The notes under the pieces were generated by a model. It was not told the origin of the DNA, ran no database searches, and saw nothing but the letters and a program-made list of their open reading frames with translations. From positions 1-45,353 of the forward strand of contig JALUTT010000063.1 of NCBI GenBank assembly GCA_027021705.1: 45,353 nt of DNA, given 5' to 3'. Source of the DNA: Anaerolineae bacterium. GTDB lineage: Bacteria; Chloroflexota; Anaerolineae; S140-20. The position numbers and the translations under genes are program-made. Below are positions 8,618-18,443 of this stretch, in pieces; position 1 is the first letter of the stretch, and every line of letters starts with the position of its first letter.

Positions 8618-8645
8618 GTGCCTTCCCTGGTCGGTGGTCGGCCAC

Positions 8646-8823
8646 TGGCGAAGCGGTGATTACCCACATCTCGGGAATCCGCCCGGCCCGCCCGGACCTG
8701 GAAAGTCCGGGCTGAGGGGAGCAAAGCCCTAACGGGCTCTCTCGCAGCCCCCGGAGGGGGCTTTCCCTTTCTCAGCCGGGCGGTTTAGCGCCCGGCGTCG
8801 CCTTATGGGTGATCACCGCGCCA
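8646..8823. repeat. Nested palindromic (REP/PATE-like) structured element
   Basis: Outer stem GCGGTGATTACCCA / TGGGTGATCACCGC. Inner hairpins at 8690-8712, 8725-8738, 8746-8762 and 8775-8796. Confidence 0.6.
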
Positions 8824-8831
8824 CCGCACCA

Positions 8832-8860
8832 TTGACGTCAAGGGTGGCCTGGAGTATAAT
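8832..8860 (+). promoter_or_regulatory. clpC promoter
   Basis: TTGACG-17 nt-TATAAT; the -35 sits in the palindrome TTGACGTCAA. Confidence 0.8.
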
Positions 8861-8862
8861 TT

Positions 8863-8986
8863 GGTCAGATAATCGCCTGGTCGGGTGGTCGCTTGGTCAT
8901 TGGGTCACTTGGTCGGGTGGTCACTTGGTCGCTTGGTTACCGGACCACCAGGCCATCTGACCATCAGACTATCCGACCACTTGACC
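8863..8986 (+). repeat. Octamer fold-back array in the clpC 5' UTR
   Basis: Ten GGTC-N4-type units followed by six GACC-N4-type units (the last partial). Confidence 0.85.
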
Positions 8987-9003
8987 CGAAAGGGTGGGTA
9001 GCG

Positions 9004-11508
9004 ATGATGCGATTGGACCGTTTTACCGAACGTGCTCAGGACGCTGCAGCCCGCGCTCACGAGATCCTGCAGCGATATGGTCACCACCAGGTGGATACCG
9101 AGCATATCTTGCTGGCCTTGCTGGAACAGCCGGACGGCGTCGTCCCTCAGATCCTGAAGCATCTGGGATGTGACATCGAGCAGATTCGACGACGGATAGA
9201 CAGCGTGCTGCGGGCCAGCCCCCGGGCGACCATCTACGGCATCGGGGGGACCGGGCAGGTTTTCATCACACCCCGCGTCAAGCGGGTGTTGGACCTGGCC
9301 AATCAAGAGGCCAACCGGCTAGGTGATGAGTACATCTCCACCGAGCACATCTTCCTGGCCATCGCCAGCGAGCGGAACACCGCCTCAGCCCGTATCCTGG
9401 CCGAGAACGGGGTGACCAAGGGCCGTATCTACGATGCCATCAAAGTGATCCGAGGTGGACAGCGGATTACCGATCCCCACGCTGAGAGCCGCTTTCGTAC
9501 TCTGGAGAAGTACAGCCGGGACCTGACCCAGATGGCCCGCGAGGGGAAGCTGGACCCGGTCATCGGACGCGATGAGGAGATCCTGCGGGTCATCCAGGTC
9601 CTCTCCCGCCGGACGAAGAACAACCCGGTCCTCATCGGGGAGGCCGGCGTGGGCAAGACGGCCATCGTCGAGGGGCTGGCCCAGAAGATCGCCGCCAACG
9701 ATGTACCCGAGATCCTGATGGGCAAGCGGGTGGTGCAACTGGATCTGGGGGCGATGATCGCTGGCTCCCGTTTCCGGGGCGACTTCGAGGAGCGGTTGAA
9801 GTCGGCCATCGAGGAGATTCAGCGTTCGGAGGGTGAGATCATCCTCTTCATTGACGAGTTGCACACCGTCGTCGGCGCGGGGGCCGGCGGCGGGGCCCTG
9901 GACGCCAGCAACATGCTCAAACCCGCCCTCTCCCGAGGGGAACTCCAGTGCATCGGGGCGACGACGCTGGACGAGTACCGCCAGTACATCGAGCGGGATG
10001 CGGCGCTGGAGCGCCGTTTCGCCCCCATCTTCGTGGACGAGCCCACCGTCGAGGAGACCATCGAGATCCTGCGGGGCCTGCGGGATCGGTACGAAGCTCA
10101 CCACAAGGTCACCTTCTCCGACGACGCGCTGGTGGCCGCCGCCAAGCTGGCCCACCGCTACGTTACGGAGCGCCACCTCCCCGATAAGGCGATTGACCTG
10201 ATTGACGAGGCAGCAGCCAAGCTGCGCATCGCCCTCTACACCCTTCCCCCCGACCTGAAGGAACTGAAGAAGGAGTTGGACCGACTCCAGGCCGAGGAGG
10301 AGGCTGCTTGGTCGGCCCGGGAGTACGAGCGGGCTGCCGAGTACAAGAGCCAGCGGTTGCGCCTGGAGCAGACCTTCACCGCCCGCCGGGACGCCTGGCG
10401 GCGGGAGCACGCCCTCGACGAGGTGGTGGACGCCAACGACATCGCTGAGGTGGTCGCCTCCTGGACCGGGATCCCGGTGACCCAATTGATGGAAACGGAG
10501 GCGGAGAAGCTGCTACATATGGAGGAACGGCTGCACGAGCGGATCGTGGGACAGGATGAGGCGATCCACGCCGTCTCCGAGGCCATCCGCCGCGCTCGGG
10601 CCGGGCTGAAGGACCCACGCCGCCCCATCGGCAGCTTCATCTTCTTGGGCGCTTCCGGCGTGGGCAAGACGGAGTTGGCCCGCGCCCTGGCTTGGTTCCT
10701 CTTCGACGACGAGGACGCGCTGCTGCGCATTGACATGAGCGAGTACCAGGAGTCCCACACCGTCAGCCGCCTCTTCGGTGCACCGCCGGGCTACGTGGGC
10801 TATGATCAGGGCGGCCAGCTCACCGAGTCGGTCCGCCGTCGGCCCTACCAGGTTGTCCTCTTCGACGAGATCGAGAAGGCTCATCCCGATGTCTGGAATG
10901 CCCTGCTGCAGATCTTGGAAGATGGCCGGCTGACCGATGGACAGGGGCGGACGGTGGACTTCCGCAACACGATCATCATTATGACCAGCAACCTGGGCAC
11001 GGCTTACACCCACCGGGGTGGGGCGCTGGGGTTCATCACGGGCAAGGACGACGAAGCTCAGGCGGAGCGGGAGGCCCACGCGGAGATCGAGAAGGCCCTG
11101 CGCAAGGTGTTCCGCCCGGAGTTCCTCAACCGGGTGGATGAGATCATCATCTTTAACCGGCTCACCCAGGAACAGGTGAAGGAGATCGTGGACCTGCAGA
11201 TGCGGGAGATCGCGGAGCGGTTGGAGGAGCAGGGGCTGACGGTGTCGCTGACCGAAGAGGCACGGGAGTGGCTGGCGGAGAAGGGGTACGATCCTGACTT
11301 CGGGGCGCGTCCGTTGCGCCGAGCTCTACAGCGGTACGTGGAGGGTCCCCTGAGCGTCCGACTGCTCCAGGGGGAGTTCCAGGCGGGCGACCACGTGCTG
11401 ATAGACGTGGGCGAGGAGGGGCTCACCTTCACGCACCAGCCTCTGGAGGAGATGGTCATCGAGCCGGTCCCGCAGGCGGAGCCGGTCTCTCAGGAGCCGC
11501 TTCAGTGA
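9004..11508 (+). CDS. clpC: ATP-dependent Clp protease ATP-binding subunit ClpC
   Basis: Clp N-domains, two Walker A motifs ([16 protein letters not shown]), short UVR-type middle domain, ClpP-docking loop [11 protein letters not shown]. Start at ATG 9004. Confidence 0.92.
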   Translation: MMRLDRFTERAQDAAARAHEILQRYGHHQVDTEHILLALLEQPDGVVPQILKHLGCDIEQIRRRIDSVLRASPRATIYGIGGTGQVFITPRVKRVLDLANQEANRLGDEYISTEHIFLAIASERNTASARILAENGVTKGRIYDAIKVIRGGQRITDPHAESRFRTLEKYSRDLTQMAREGKLDPVIGRDEEILRVIQVLSRRTKNNPVLIGEAGVGKTAIVEGLAQKIAANDVPEILMGKRVVQLDLGAMIAGSRFRGDFEERLKSAIEEIQRSEGEIILFIDELHTVVGAGAGGGALDASNMLKPALSRGELQCIGATTLDEYRQYIERDAALERRFAPIFVDEPTVEETIEILRGLRDRYEAHHKVTFSDDALVAAAKLAHRYVTERHLPDKAIDLIDEAAAKLRIALYTLPPDLKELKKELDRLQAEEEAAWSAREYERAAEYKSQRLRLEQTFTARRDAWRREHALDEVVDANDIAEVVASWTGIPVTQLMETEAEKLLHMEERLHERIVGQDEAIHAVSEAIRRARAGLKDPRRPIGSFIFLGASGVGKTELARALAWFLFDDEDALLRIDMSEYQESHTVSRLFGAPPGYVGYDQGGQLTESVRRRPYQVVLFDEIEKAHPDVWNALLQILEDGRLTDGQGRTVDFRNTIIIMTSNLGTAYTHRGGALGFITGKDDEAQAEREAHAEIEKALRKVFRPEFLNRVDEIIIFNRLTQEQVKEIVDLQMREIAERLEEQGLTVSLTEEAREWLAEKGYDPDFGARPLRRALQRYVEGPLSVRLLQGEFQAGDHVLIDVGEEGLTFTHQPLEEMVIEPVPQAEPVSQEPLQ

Positions 11509-11577
11509 GTCACCTTCTCCGGGGGTGAGATATAGCCGATTTTGGACCCATTCCCTGCAATTTTTAGCCGGACCGCC

Positions 11578-11606
11578 TTGACTTTCTCAGGAAACTCGAT
11601 TACAAT
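11578..11606 (+). promoter_or_regulatory. Promoter for the peptide ABC operon
   Basis: TTGACT-17 nt-TACAAT. Confidence 0.65.
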
Positions 11607-11896
11607 AGGGGAGCCTGATTTCCCAGAAGGCTGATCACCTTAGCATCCCCGTCTCAATATGGCGCCTCATATCCCCACACCAGGCAAAAGGGCAATGCTT
11701 GGATCCCACCCCAGTGGAACATCCTCCAGAGATTGACACGTGAACAAGCGTTTGGCTCTCTCGTCCGTATCCGGGTCTAGCTGCGGCGAAAGGGGGTGAT
11801 TTGTCCAAAGAGAAACCGATAGGCCCAATCTCCAAGGATCGCCTTGCGAAAATCCCTTAGTCTCGTTTCCACCCACTCACAAAGGAGGAGGAGGAA

Positions 11897-14002
11897 ATGC
11901 TTGCTAGAAAGTGGCTGACCCTGTGGGCCCTGGTGCTCATCGCCAGCGTTGTTCTCTCGGCCTGTGCTCAGCCGACCCCTCAGGTCATCAAGGAGACCGT
12001 GGTGGTCACACAGGTCGTGGAGAAGGAAGGCGAGAAGGTGGTGGAGACCAAGATCGTCGAGAAGGTCGTCACCCCCACGCCAGAGCCCCCCAAGGAGGCC
12101 GAGATCGGTCCTTACCGCATTGGTATCTTTGAGGAGCCGGTCTCCCTCAACTATTGGAACTACCTTGGTCCGGGGTCCTCGGTCTGGACGAGCTACGTGC
12201 TCACCGGCTACGCCGCTTCTCTCTTTGGACTGGCCGACAAGACCTTTGCCTTCGTCCCCGTGTTGGCGAAAGACATCCCCGAGCCGCGCAAGGAAGGGGA
12301 TCTGTGGGTCATCGAAGTCGAGATGGTGGACAATGCTACCTGGAGTGACGGTGAGCCCATCACAGCCCAGGATGTGGTCTTCACCCACAACACCTGTAAA
12401 GACCTGCAGTTGACCCAGAACTGGCCCAACTCCTGCGCGCCGCTGGGGGCGGATGTGACGGCGGAGGCGGTGGACGACTTCACCGTCCGCTACACCTTCA
12501 ACGTGACCCCCAGTCTGGGCATCTGGAACGCCGGTGTGGCCTTGGCGCCCATCCTCCCCAAGCACTTCTGGGAGCCGGTGGTCAAGGAGGCCTACTCCTA
12601 CATTGAAGCCGTGGAGAAGCCCGATGTGGAGCGGCCGGAGGACTGCGAGGCCGAGGATCTGAGCGATGAAGAGAAGGCGGCGTGCGAGGCGTGGGCTGCC
12701 TACGACGAGGCCTTCGAGAACGCTCGCAAGACCCTCTACGAGGCCGACGCGACCGGCTCGCCCGTCTTCGGTGGCTTCATCACCGACAAGTGGGAGCCCG
12801 GCGCCTTCGTCCAGCGGAGCCAGAACCCCAACTACTACTTCAAGGGCGCGGAGATCATCGAGTACTCCGACGGCACCTGGGTGCAGAAGCTGCCCGACGG
12901 CACCGTCCGCCAGTACTACGGCGAGGCGACCGGTGACGTCACCCTGGACTACGTCTCCGGCCCCTACGCCCCCAACGTCATCCTCTCCATCTACGGCTCT
13001 CAGGACGCGGCCTTCCTGGCCCTGGCCAACGGCGAAGTGGACTACGTGCTGAACCCGCTGGGGCTGGCCCGGGGCTTGCGCGAGAAGGCGATGCAGGGTG
13101 AGGGGATCGTCGCTTACGACAACCCCGACTACGGGATGTTCTACCTGGCCTTCAACATGCGCAAGTACCCCATGTCGGAGTACGAATTCCGCCAGGCCTT
13201 CGACATCATCATTGACAAGGAGTTCGTGATCAACAACGTCCTCCAGGGCGTGGTCTACCCGATGTACTCCACCATGCCGCCCGGCAACGGCTTCTGGTAC
13301 AACCCCGCTGTGGAGGAGAACCATCCCTACAAGGGCCTCTCCCGCGAGGAGCGGATCAACCTGGCCGTCCAGGTGCTGAAGGAGGCCGGCTGGACTTGGG
13401 AGAAGGAGCCCCAGTGGGATCCCGATGCCAGCGATGTGATCCCCGGCGAGGGGCTGCGGATGCCCAACGGCGAGCCGATGCCTGAGGTCACCATCCTTGG
13501 CCCTGGCCCGGCCTACGATCCGATCCGCGCCACCTTCAACCAGTGGATCAGCGAGTGGGCCCGCGAGCTCGGCATGCCCGTGAAGTCCGAGCTGACCGGC
13601 TTCAACAACATCCTCGGCCCGGTCTTCATCAACGCCGACTTCGACATGTACATCTTGGGGTGGAGCCTGGGCAACCCGGCCTTCCCGGACTACTACGAGG
13701 CCTTCTGGGCGTCGTGGAACGACACCGCCACCTCCGGCAACTACAACACCCCTGGCTTCAACAACCCCGAGTATGACGACCTGGTCAACAAGTTCATGAG
13801 CACGACCGACATCGAGGAGGCCCGGCAGCTCTGCTTCCAGATGCAGGAGCTCCTTGCTGATCAGCGCCCCTACATCCCGCTCTTCTACAAGCGGGTCACC
13901 GACCTGATCCGCAACAACATCGAGCTGCCCTACACCGAGGTCTTGGGCGGGATCGTGGATGCAGCCGGGTTCCAAACGGATGCCAAGCCGCTGGTGAAAT
14001 AA
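11897..14002 (+). CDS. ABC transporter substrate-binding lipoprotein, family 5 (OppA/DppA-like)
   Basis: Lipobox VLSAC, WSDGEPITAQDVVFT signature, strong SD. Confidence 0.92.
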   Translation: MLARKWLTLWALVLIASVVLSACAQPTPQVIKETVVVTQVVEKEGEKVVETKIVEKVVTPTPEPPKEAEIGPYRIGIFEEPVSLNYWNYLGPGSSVWTSYVLTGYAASLFGLADKTFAFVPVLAKDIPEPRKEGDLWVIEVEMVDNATWSDGEPITAQDVVFTHNTCKDLQLTQNWPNSCAPLGADVTAEAVDDFTVRYTFNVTPSLGIWNAGVALAPILPKHFWEPVVKEAYSYIEAVEKPDVERPEDCEAEDLSDEEKAACEAWAAYDEAFENARKTLYEADATGSPVFGGFITDKWEPGAFVQRSQNPNYYFKGAEIIEYSDGTWVQKLPDGTVRQYYGEATGDVTLDYVSGPYAPNVILSIYGSQDAAFLALANGEVDYVLNPLGLARGLREKAMQGEGIVAYDNPDYGMFYLAFNMRKYPMSEYEFRQAFDIIIDKEFVINNVLQGVVYPMYSTMPPGNGFWYNPAVEENHPYKGLSREERINLAVQVLKEAGWTWEKEPQWDPDASDVIPGEGLRMPNGEPMPEVTILGPGPAYDPIRATFNQWISEWARELGMPVKSELTGFNNILGPVFINADFDMYILGWSLGNPAFPDYYEAFWASWNDTATSGNYNTPGFNNPEYDDLVNKFMSTTDIEEARQLCFQMQELLADQRPYIPLFYKRVTDLIRNNIELPYTEVLGGIVDAAGFQTDAKPLVK

Positions 14003-14030
14003 GCCGGAGGCATCCTGAACAAGGTTAAAA

Positions 14031-14059
14031 GGGAGCGGGCGGGGAACCTGCCCGCTCCC
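14031..14059 (+). terminator. GC-rich hairpin after the SBP gene (attenuator or mRNA stabiliser)
   Basis: GGGAGCGGGC-loop-GCCCGCTCCC; no strong U tract on the + strand. Confidence 0.55.
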
Positions 14060-14106
14060 CCTGTCTACCTGAAACTCTGTACCGCAGGAGTCATAGGAGT
14101 GACACG

Positions 14107-15258
14107 ATGTGGAGATTCCTGGGCAGGCGTTTCGTCCAGATGCTCATCACCTTGCTGCTGTTCCAGGCGGTGACTTACTTTCTCATAGATGCCCAGCCCG
14201 GTGACATCGCTGACCTTCTCACCTTGGATCCCAACATTCCCCCCGCCGAGCGGGAACGACTCCGAGCCCAGCTCGGGTTGGATCGTCCTCCGGTCGAGCG
14301 GTTCATCACCTACATTGGGAACTTTTACCGGGGTAATCTGGGGGTCTCGTTCCAGGAGTACCCCAGGCCGGTCATAGACATCATCAAAGAGCGGCTGCCT
14401 CGCACGGTGGTGCTCTTCCTCACCGCCTCTATCCTGTCCTTCTGGACCGGTTTCGTCACAGGGAAGATCCTCGCCTGGCGTCGTGGGGGGTGGATCGAGT
14501 ACACCTCAACGATTACGGGCGTGACGTTGTACACCGTCTTCACCCCGTGGTTCGCCCTGATGATGATCTGGCTTTTCGCCGTTGCCCTCAACTGGCTCCC
14601 GGCAGGCAAATTTCTAGACCCCCTCAAGTGGCTGGATGCTCCCATTTCCGCCAACGCTGTCTTCGCTCGAATGATCTGGAGTTCCTTCTTCGCCCTGGTG
14701 ATCGTCTTCGTGGGATTTTGGTTCTCCAATCGGGTGCCCCGCCGACAACGTCTCGTTCTCCGCGCGGCCAGCCTCCTCGTCCCCCTGGTTGGTATGCTCC
14801 TTTACTGGCGTCTTAGCGGGTTGGGGTTCTACGCCTGGGATATTGCACGCCACCTGATCTTGCCTGTGGCGACGGTGACGTTGATCGCCTACGGCGGCAC
14901 GATGCTGCTGACGCGCACCAGCATGCTGGAGACGCTGCGGGAGGACTACGTCTTGACGGCTCGGGCGAAGGGGCTGCCTGACAAGGTGGTGCGGGATAAG
15001 CACGTGGCCCGAAATGCGCTGCTGCCGGTGTGGACCGGCCTCGTCTTCAGCCTGGGCAACTCCGTCAGCGGTGGGATCATCACCGAGACGATCTTCTCGT
15101 GGCCGGGCATCGGCCTGACGTTGCTGAATTCCGCCCTCGTGGCCGATATTCCTGTCGCTATGGGAACGCTGACCGTAGTCGGGGTGATGACCCTGATCAG
15201 CCACCTGATCGCCGATATTGGCTACGCTTTTCTCGATCCACGCATTCGTTATCACTAG
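14107..15258 (+). CDS. Peptide/nickel ABC permease (OppB/DppB-like)
   Basis: EDYVLTARAKGL and ETIFSWPGIG motifs. Confidence 0.92.
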   Translation: MWRFLGRRFVQMLITLLLFQAVTYFLIDAQPGDIADLLTLDPNIPPAERERLRAQLGLDRPPVERFITYIGNFYRGNLGVSFQEYPRPVIDIIKERLPRTVVLFLTASILSFWTGFVTGKILAWRRGGWIEYTSTITGVTLYTVFTPWFALMMIWLFAVALNWLPAGKFLDPLKWLDAPISANAVFARMIWSSFFALVIVFVGFWFSNRVPRRQRLVLRAASLLVPLVGMLLYWRLSGLGFYAWDIARHLILPVATVTLIAYGGTMLLTRTSMLETLREDYVLTARAKGLPDKVVRDKHVARNALLPVWTGLVFSLGNSVSGGIITETIFSWPGIGLTLLNSALVADIPVAMGTLTVVGVMTLISHLIADIGYAFLDPRIRYH

Positions 15259-15270
15259 CAGGAGAGAAGG

Positions 15271-16221
15271 ATGGCCGAAGCAATTGCTACGACGGAGCAT
15301 GTCTACGTTCCCCTGTGGCGTGTGCGCTTAAGCCTGTTCTGGAAATCGCTGCGCACCAATTGGGCGATGTTCTCGGAAAACCCCATTGGACTGATCGGGT
15401 TGGGCGTTATCCTTTTTTTTGCCCTCTTCGCCCTTGCCCATCCTATCCTTATGAACACCATCTGGGAGCCCCGGGTCTACGATCCCATCTCGGGCTACGA
15501 TATGGAGATCCCCTTCCATCCCTCGCCACCCTCCGCACGCCATCTCCTGGGGACCGATCCCTTGGGGCGGGACATTCTGAGTCAGTTGATGTATAGCACC
15601 CGCTACGAGTTCGCCCTGGGCATCCTCTCGGCGGTGGTGACCGTGGTGATCGCCACCACCATCGGAGCCGTCTCCGCCTACTACGGAGGCATCATAGACA
15701 CGATTCTGATGCGCCTGGCGGACCTGGTGATCATGGTGCCTTTCCTGCCCATCTTGATCGTCCTCAGTGCGTTGACCGAGGTGGGGATGATCGAGTTGGC
15801 CCTGGTCATCGGTCTGCTCTCCGGCTTCGGCGGCACGACGATCATCATCAAATCCCAGGCCCTGACGATCAAAGTGAAACCCTTCATCGAGGCGGCCCGG
15901 GTTGCTGGCGGCAGCGACTTCCACATCATCTTCCGGCATATGATTCCCAATCTGCTGCCCATCTCGTTGCTCTACATGATGTTCGTCGTCACCGGGGCGA
16001 TCTTCTCCGAAGCGGTGCTCTCCTACTTTGGCCTGACGACCATCCAGATGAGCTGGGGCATTATGATCAACACCACCCAGTTGTTTGGATACTTGCTCCG
16101 CTTCGACACCTGGTACCTCCTGATCCCGGCCAGCCTGGCGATCACCCTCCTGTGCGCTGCCTTCTACCTGGTGGGCCGGGCTCTGGACGAGGTGGTCAAC
16201 CCAAGGTTGCGGAAGCGGTAG
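15271..16221 (+). CDS. Peptide/nickel ABC permease (OppC/DppC-like)
   Basis: HLLGTDPLGRD and FIEAARVAG motifs. Confidence 0.92.
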   Translation: MAEAIATTEHVYVPLWRVRLSLFWKSLRTNWAMFSENPIGLIGLGVILFFALFALAHPILMNTIWEPRVYDPISGYDMEIPFHPSPPSARHLLGTDPLGRDILSQLMYSTRYEFALGILSAVVTVVIATTIGAVSAYYGGIIDTILMRLADLVIMVPFLPILIVLSALTEVGMIELALVIGLLSGFGGTTIIIKSQALTIKVKPFIEAARVAGGSDFHIIFRHMIPNLLPISLLYMMFVVTGAIFSEAVLSYFGLTTIQMSWGIMINTTQLFGYLLRFDTWYLLIPASLAITLLCAAFYLVGRALDEVVNPRLRKR

Positions 16222-16296
16222 AAGTTCGGACGTCACGGCTCTGAACGGCCCCTCCCGATTCCATATCTAACGTCAGTAGGAAAGAGGAACACAGGT

Positions 16297-17280
16297 ATGG
16301 CGAAACCTTTGCTTTCCGTCGAGAACCTGACTATGCACTACACCACCCGGGGCGGTGAGGTTGCAGCGGTGGACAGTGTCTCCTTCAGCCTCTATGAAGG
16401 GGAAGCGTTGGGGCTGGTGGGTGAGTCGGGGTGTGGCAAGACCTCGGTGGCGATGTCCATCCTGCGCCTATTGCCCGACAACGCCCGCATCCTGGGTGGT
16501 CAGATATGGCTGGGCGATCTGGAACTGCTCTCCCTCCCAGAGCCGGAGATGCAGAAGGTGCGGTGGGGACGCATCTCGATGATCTTCCAGGCGGCGATGA
16601 ACTCGCTGAACCCGGTCTACCGGGTCGGCGACCAGATCATCGAGGCCCTGGAGCTTCACTGGGGGAGTGTATCTCGCCAGCAGGCCCGGGAGCGGGTGGC
16701 CGAACTGTACCAATTGGTCGGCCTGGATCCGGCTCTGATGGATCGCTATCCCCACGAGTACAGCGGCGGGATGCGTCAGCGGGCTGTCATTGCCATGGCC
16801 CTGGCCTGCAATCCCGACGTGATCATCGCCGACGAGCCAACCACGGCCCTGGATGTTATCGTCCAGGATCGCATCCTGAAGCGGCTGACCGAGATCCAGA
16901 AGAAGATCGGAATGGCGATGATCTACATCTCCCACGACATCGCGGTGATCGCCGAGGTGAGCCACCGCGTCGGCGTGATGTATGCCGGCAAGCTAGTGGA
17001 GCTTGCCAACACCGTGAACATCTTCGAACGTCCCCTGCATCCTTACACCGCAGGGCTGATGGCTTCCATTCCCAGCATCCACGGCGAGAAGCGGGACCTG
17101 GTCACGCTGGGCGGTGAACCGCCCAATCTGCTCCACCCACCGTCGGGCTGTCGTTTCCATCCCCGTTGTGCCCGGGCAACGGGCATCTGCATAGAGCAGG
17201 AGCCGCCCTTCCAGGATTACGGAAATGGTCACTACGCTGCCTGCTGGCATCCTATGGAGGTAGACTATGGCTCCCACTGA
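16297..17280 (+). CDS. Peptide ABC ATP-binding protein (OppD/DppD-like)
   Basis: GESGCGKT, YSGGMRQR, DEPTTALD, HPYT and C-terminal GCRFHPRC. Confidence 0.93.
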   Translation: MAKPLLSVENLTMHYTTRGGEVAAVDSVSFSLYEGEALGLVGESGCGKTSVAMSILRLLPDNARILGGQIWLGDLELLSLPEPEMQKVRWGRISMIFQAAMNSLNPVYRVGDQIIEALELHWGSVSRQQARERVAELYQLVGLDPALMDRYPHEYSGGMRQRAVIAMALACNPDVIIADEPTTALDVIVQDRILKRLTEIQKKIGMAMIYISHDIAVIAEVSHRVGVMYAGKLVELANTVNIFERPLHPYTAGLMASIPSIHGEKRDLVTLGGEPPNLLHPPSGCRFHPRCARATGICIEQEPPFQDYGNGHYAACWHPMEVDYGSH

Positions 17281-18259
17281 TCCTCTCGTCAGGGTCGAAA
17301 ATCTGCGCAAGCTCTTCCCCCTCACCCGGGGAATCTTCCGCAAGGCAGAGCACTTCGTCTACGCCGTGGATGGGCTCGACTTTGAGATCTATCCTGGCGA
17401 GACGCTGGGGTTGGTCGGCGAGTCGGGGTGCGGCAAGACGACAACGGGCAAGTTGCTTGTCAAGCTCCTGAACCCCACCGAGGGACACATCTACCTCCAG
17501 TCCGACGGCGAGATGCTGGACGTGGCGACCATCCGAAGGCGAGATATGAAGAAGTTCCGCCGCCGCGTTCAGATGATCTTCCAGGACCCCTATGAGTCTA
17601 TGAACCCCCGGCTGACCATCTACGACACCATTGCCGAACCGCTGGTTGTCCAGGGGATCGGCACCCTGGCGGAGCGGGAGGAGCGGGTGGCGGAGCTGTT
17701 GGCGCTGGTGGGGCTTTCCCCGCCGGCCAGCTTCATGTTCCGCTACCCCCATGAATTGTCCGGCGGGCAGCGACAACGGGTGGCCATCGCCCGCGCGCTG
17801 GTGGTAGACCCCGTCTTCGTCGTCGCCGATGAGCCCACTTCGATGCTGGACGTCTCCATCCGCACCAGCGTGATGAAGCTGATGATGGAGTTGGCAGAAA
17901 AACTGGGGGTGAGCTACCTCTACATCACCCACGACCTGGCGGTGGCCCGCTATATGTGCGACCGCATCGGGGTGATGTACCTGGGCAAGATCGTGGAGAT
18001 GGCATCCACGGAGGAGGTACTGCACAACCCCCTCCATCCCTACACCCGGGCGCTCCTCTCGGCGGTGCCGGTGCCCGACCCCCGCCACGAGCGACCGCCG
18101 GTGATCATCAAGGGCGGCATCAGCAAGCCCATTGACCCGCCCCCTCGCTGTCGCTTCTACGAACGCTGCCCGATCGCCGACGATTTCTGTCGGGACAACC
18201 CGCATCCCCCTCTGGAGGACAAGGGTGGGGGGCACCAGGTAGCCTGCTACCACATATGA
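17267..18259 (+). CDS. Peptide ABC ATP-binding protein (OppF/DppF-like)
   Basis: GESGCGKT, FQDPY, LSGGQRQR and HPYT. Confidence 0.93.
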   Translation: MAPTDPLVRVENLRKLFPLTRGIFRKAEHFVYAVDGLDFEIYPGETLGLVGESGCGKTTTGKLLVKLLNPTEGHIYLQSDGEMLDVATIRRRDMKKFRRRVQMIFQDPYESMNPRLTIYDTIAEPLVVQGIGTLAEREERVAELLALVGLSPPASFMFRYPHELSGGQRQRVAIARALVVDPVFVVADEPTSMLDVSIRTSVMKLMMELAEKLGVSYLYITHDLAVARYMCDRIGVMYLGKIVEMASTEEVLHNPLHPYTRALLSAVPVPDPRHERPPVIIKGGISKPIDPPPRCRFYERCPIADDFCRDNPHPPLEDKGGGHQVACYHI

Positions 18260-18443
18260 GGTCGGGGGACCACGAGATGGGCATGACCAGGACAAACTGG
18301 CGCGGGGACGACCTGCCAATTGCCTGGACATCTCCCAACCGATTCGGGTTGCACACCGACGGAATGGACACCAGGTTTCCCGGGAGCAGAGCGCTCCCGG
18401 GAAACTTTCTTTGGCTTGCCTGACGCTCACAGAGGAGGGAACG

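Noticed and set aside
8700..8713. GGAAAGTCCGGGCT resembles the 5' conserved motif of RNase P RNA
   Set aside because: It is not preceded by GA, it pairs locally with GCCCGGAC, no 3' ACAGAA...GCTTA motif follows, and there is not enough space before clpC.
8863..8942. CtsR operator upstream of clpC
   Set aside because: CtsR boxes are GGTCAAA heptads spaced by 3 nt. These are GGTC-N4 units at 8-bp period without AAA, and similar units also occur at 8557-8588.
11777..13975. Long antisense ORFs (also 38421..41240, 43056..44690, 3370..4890, 26400..28118)
   Set aside because: Shadow frames of real genes caused by high-GC codon bias; they have no family motifs.
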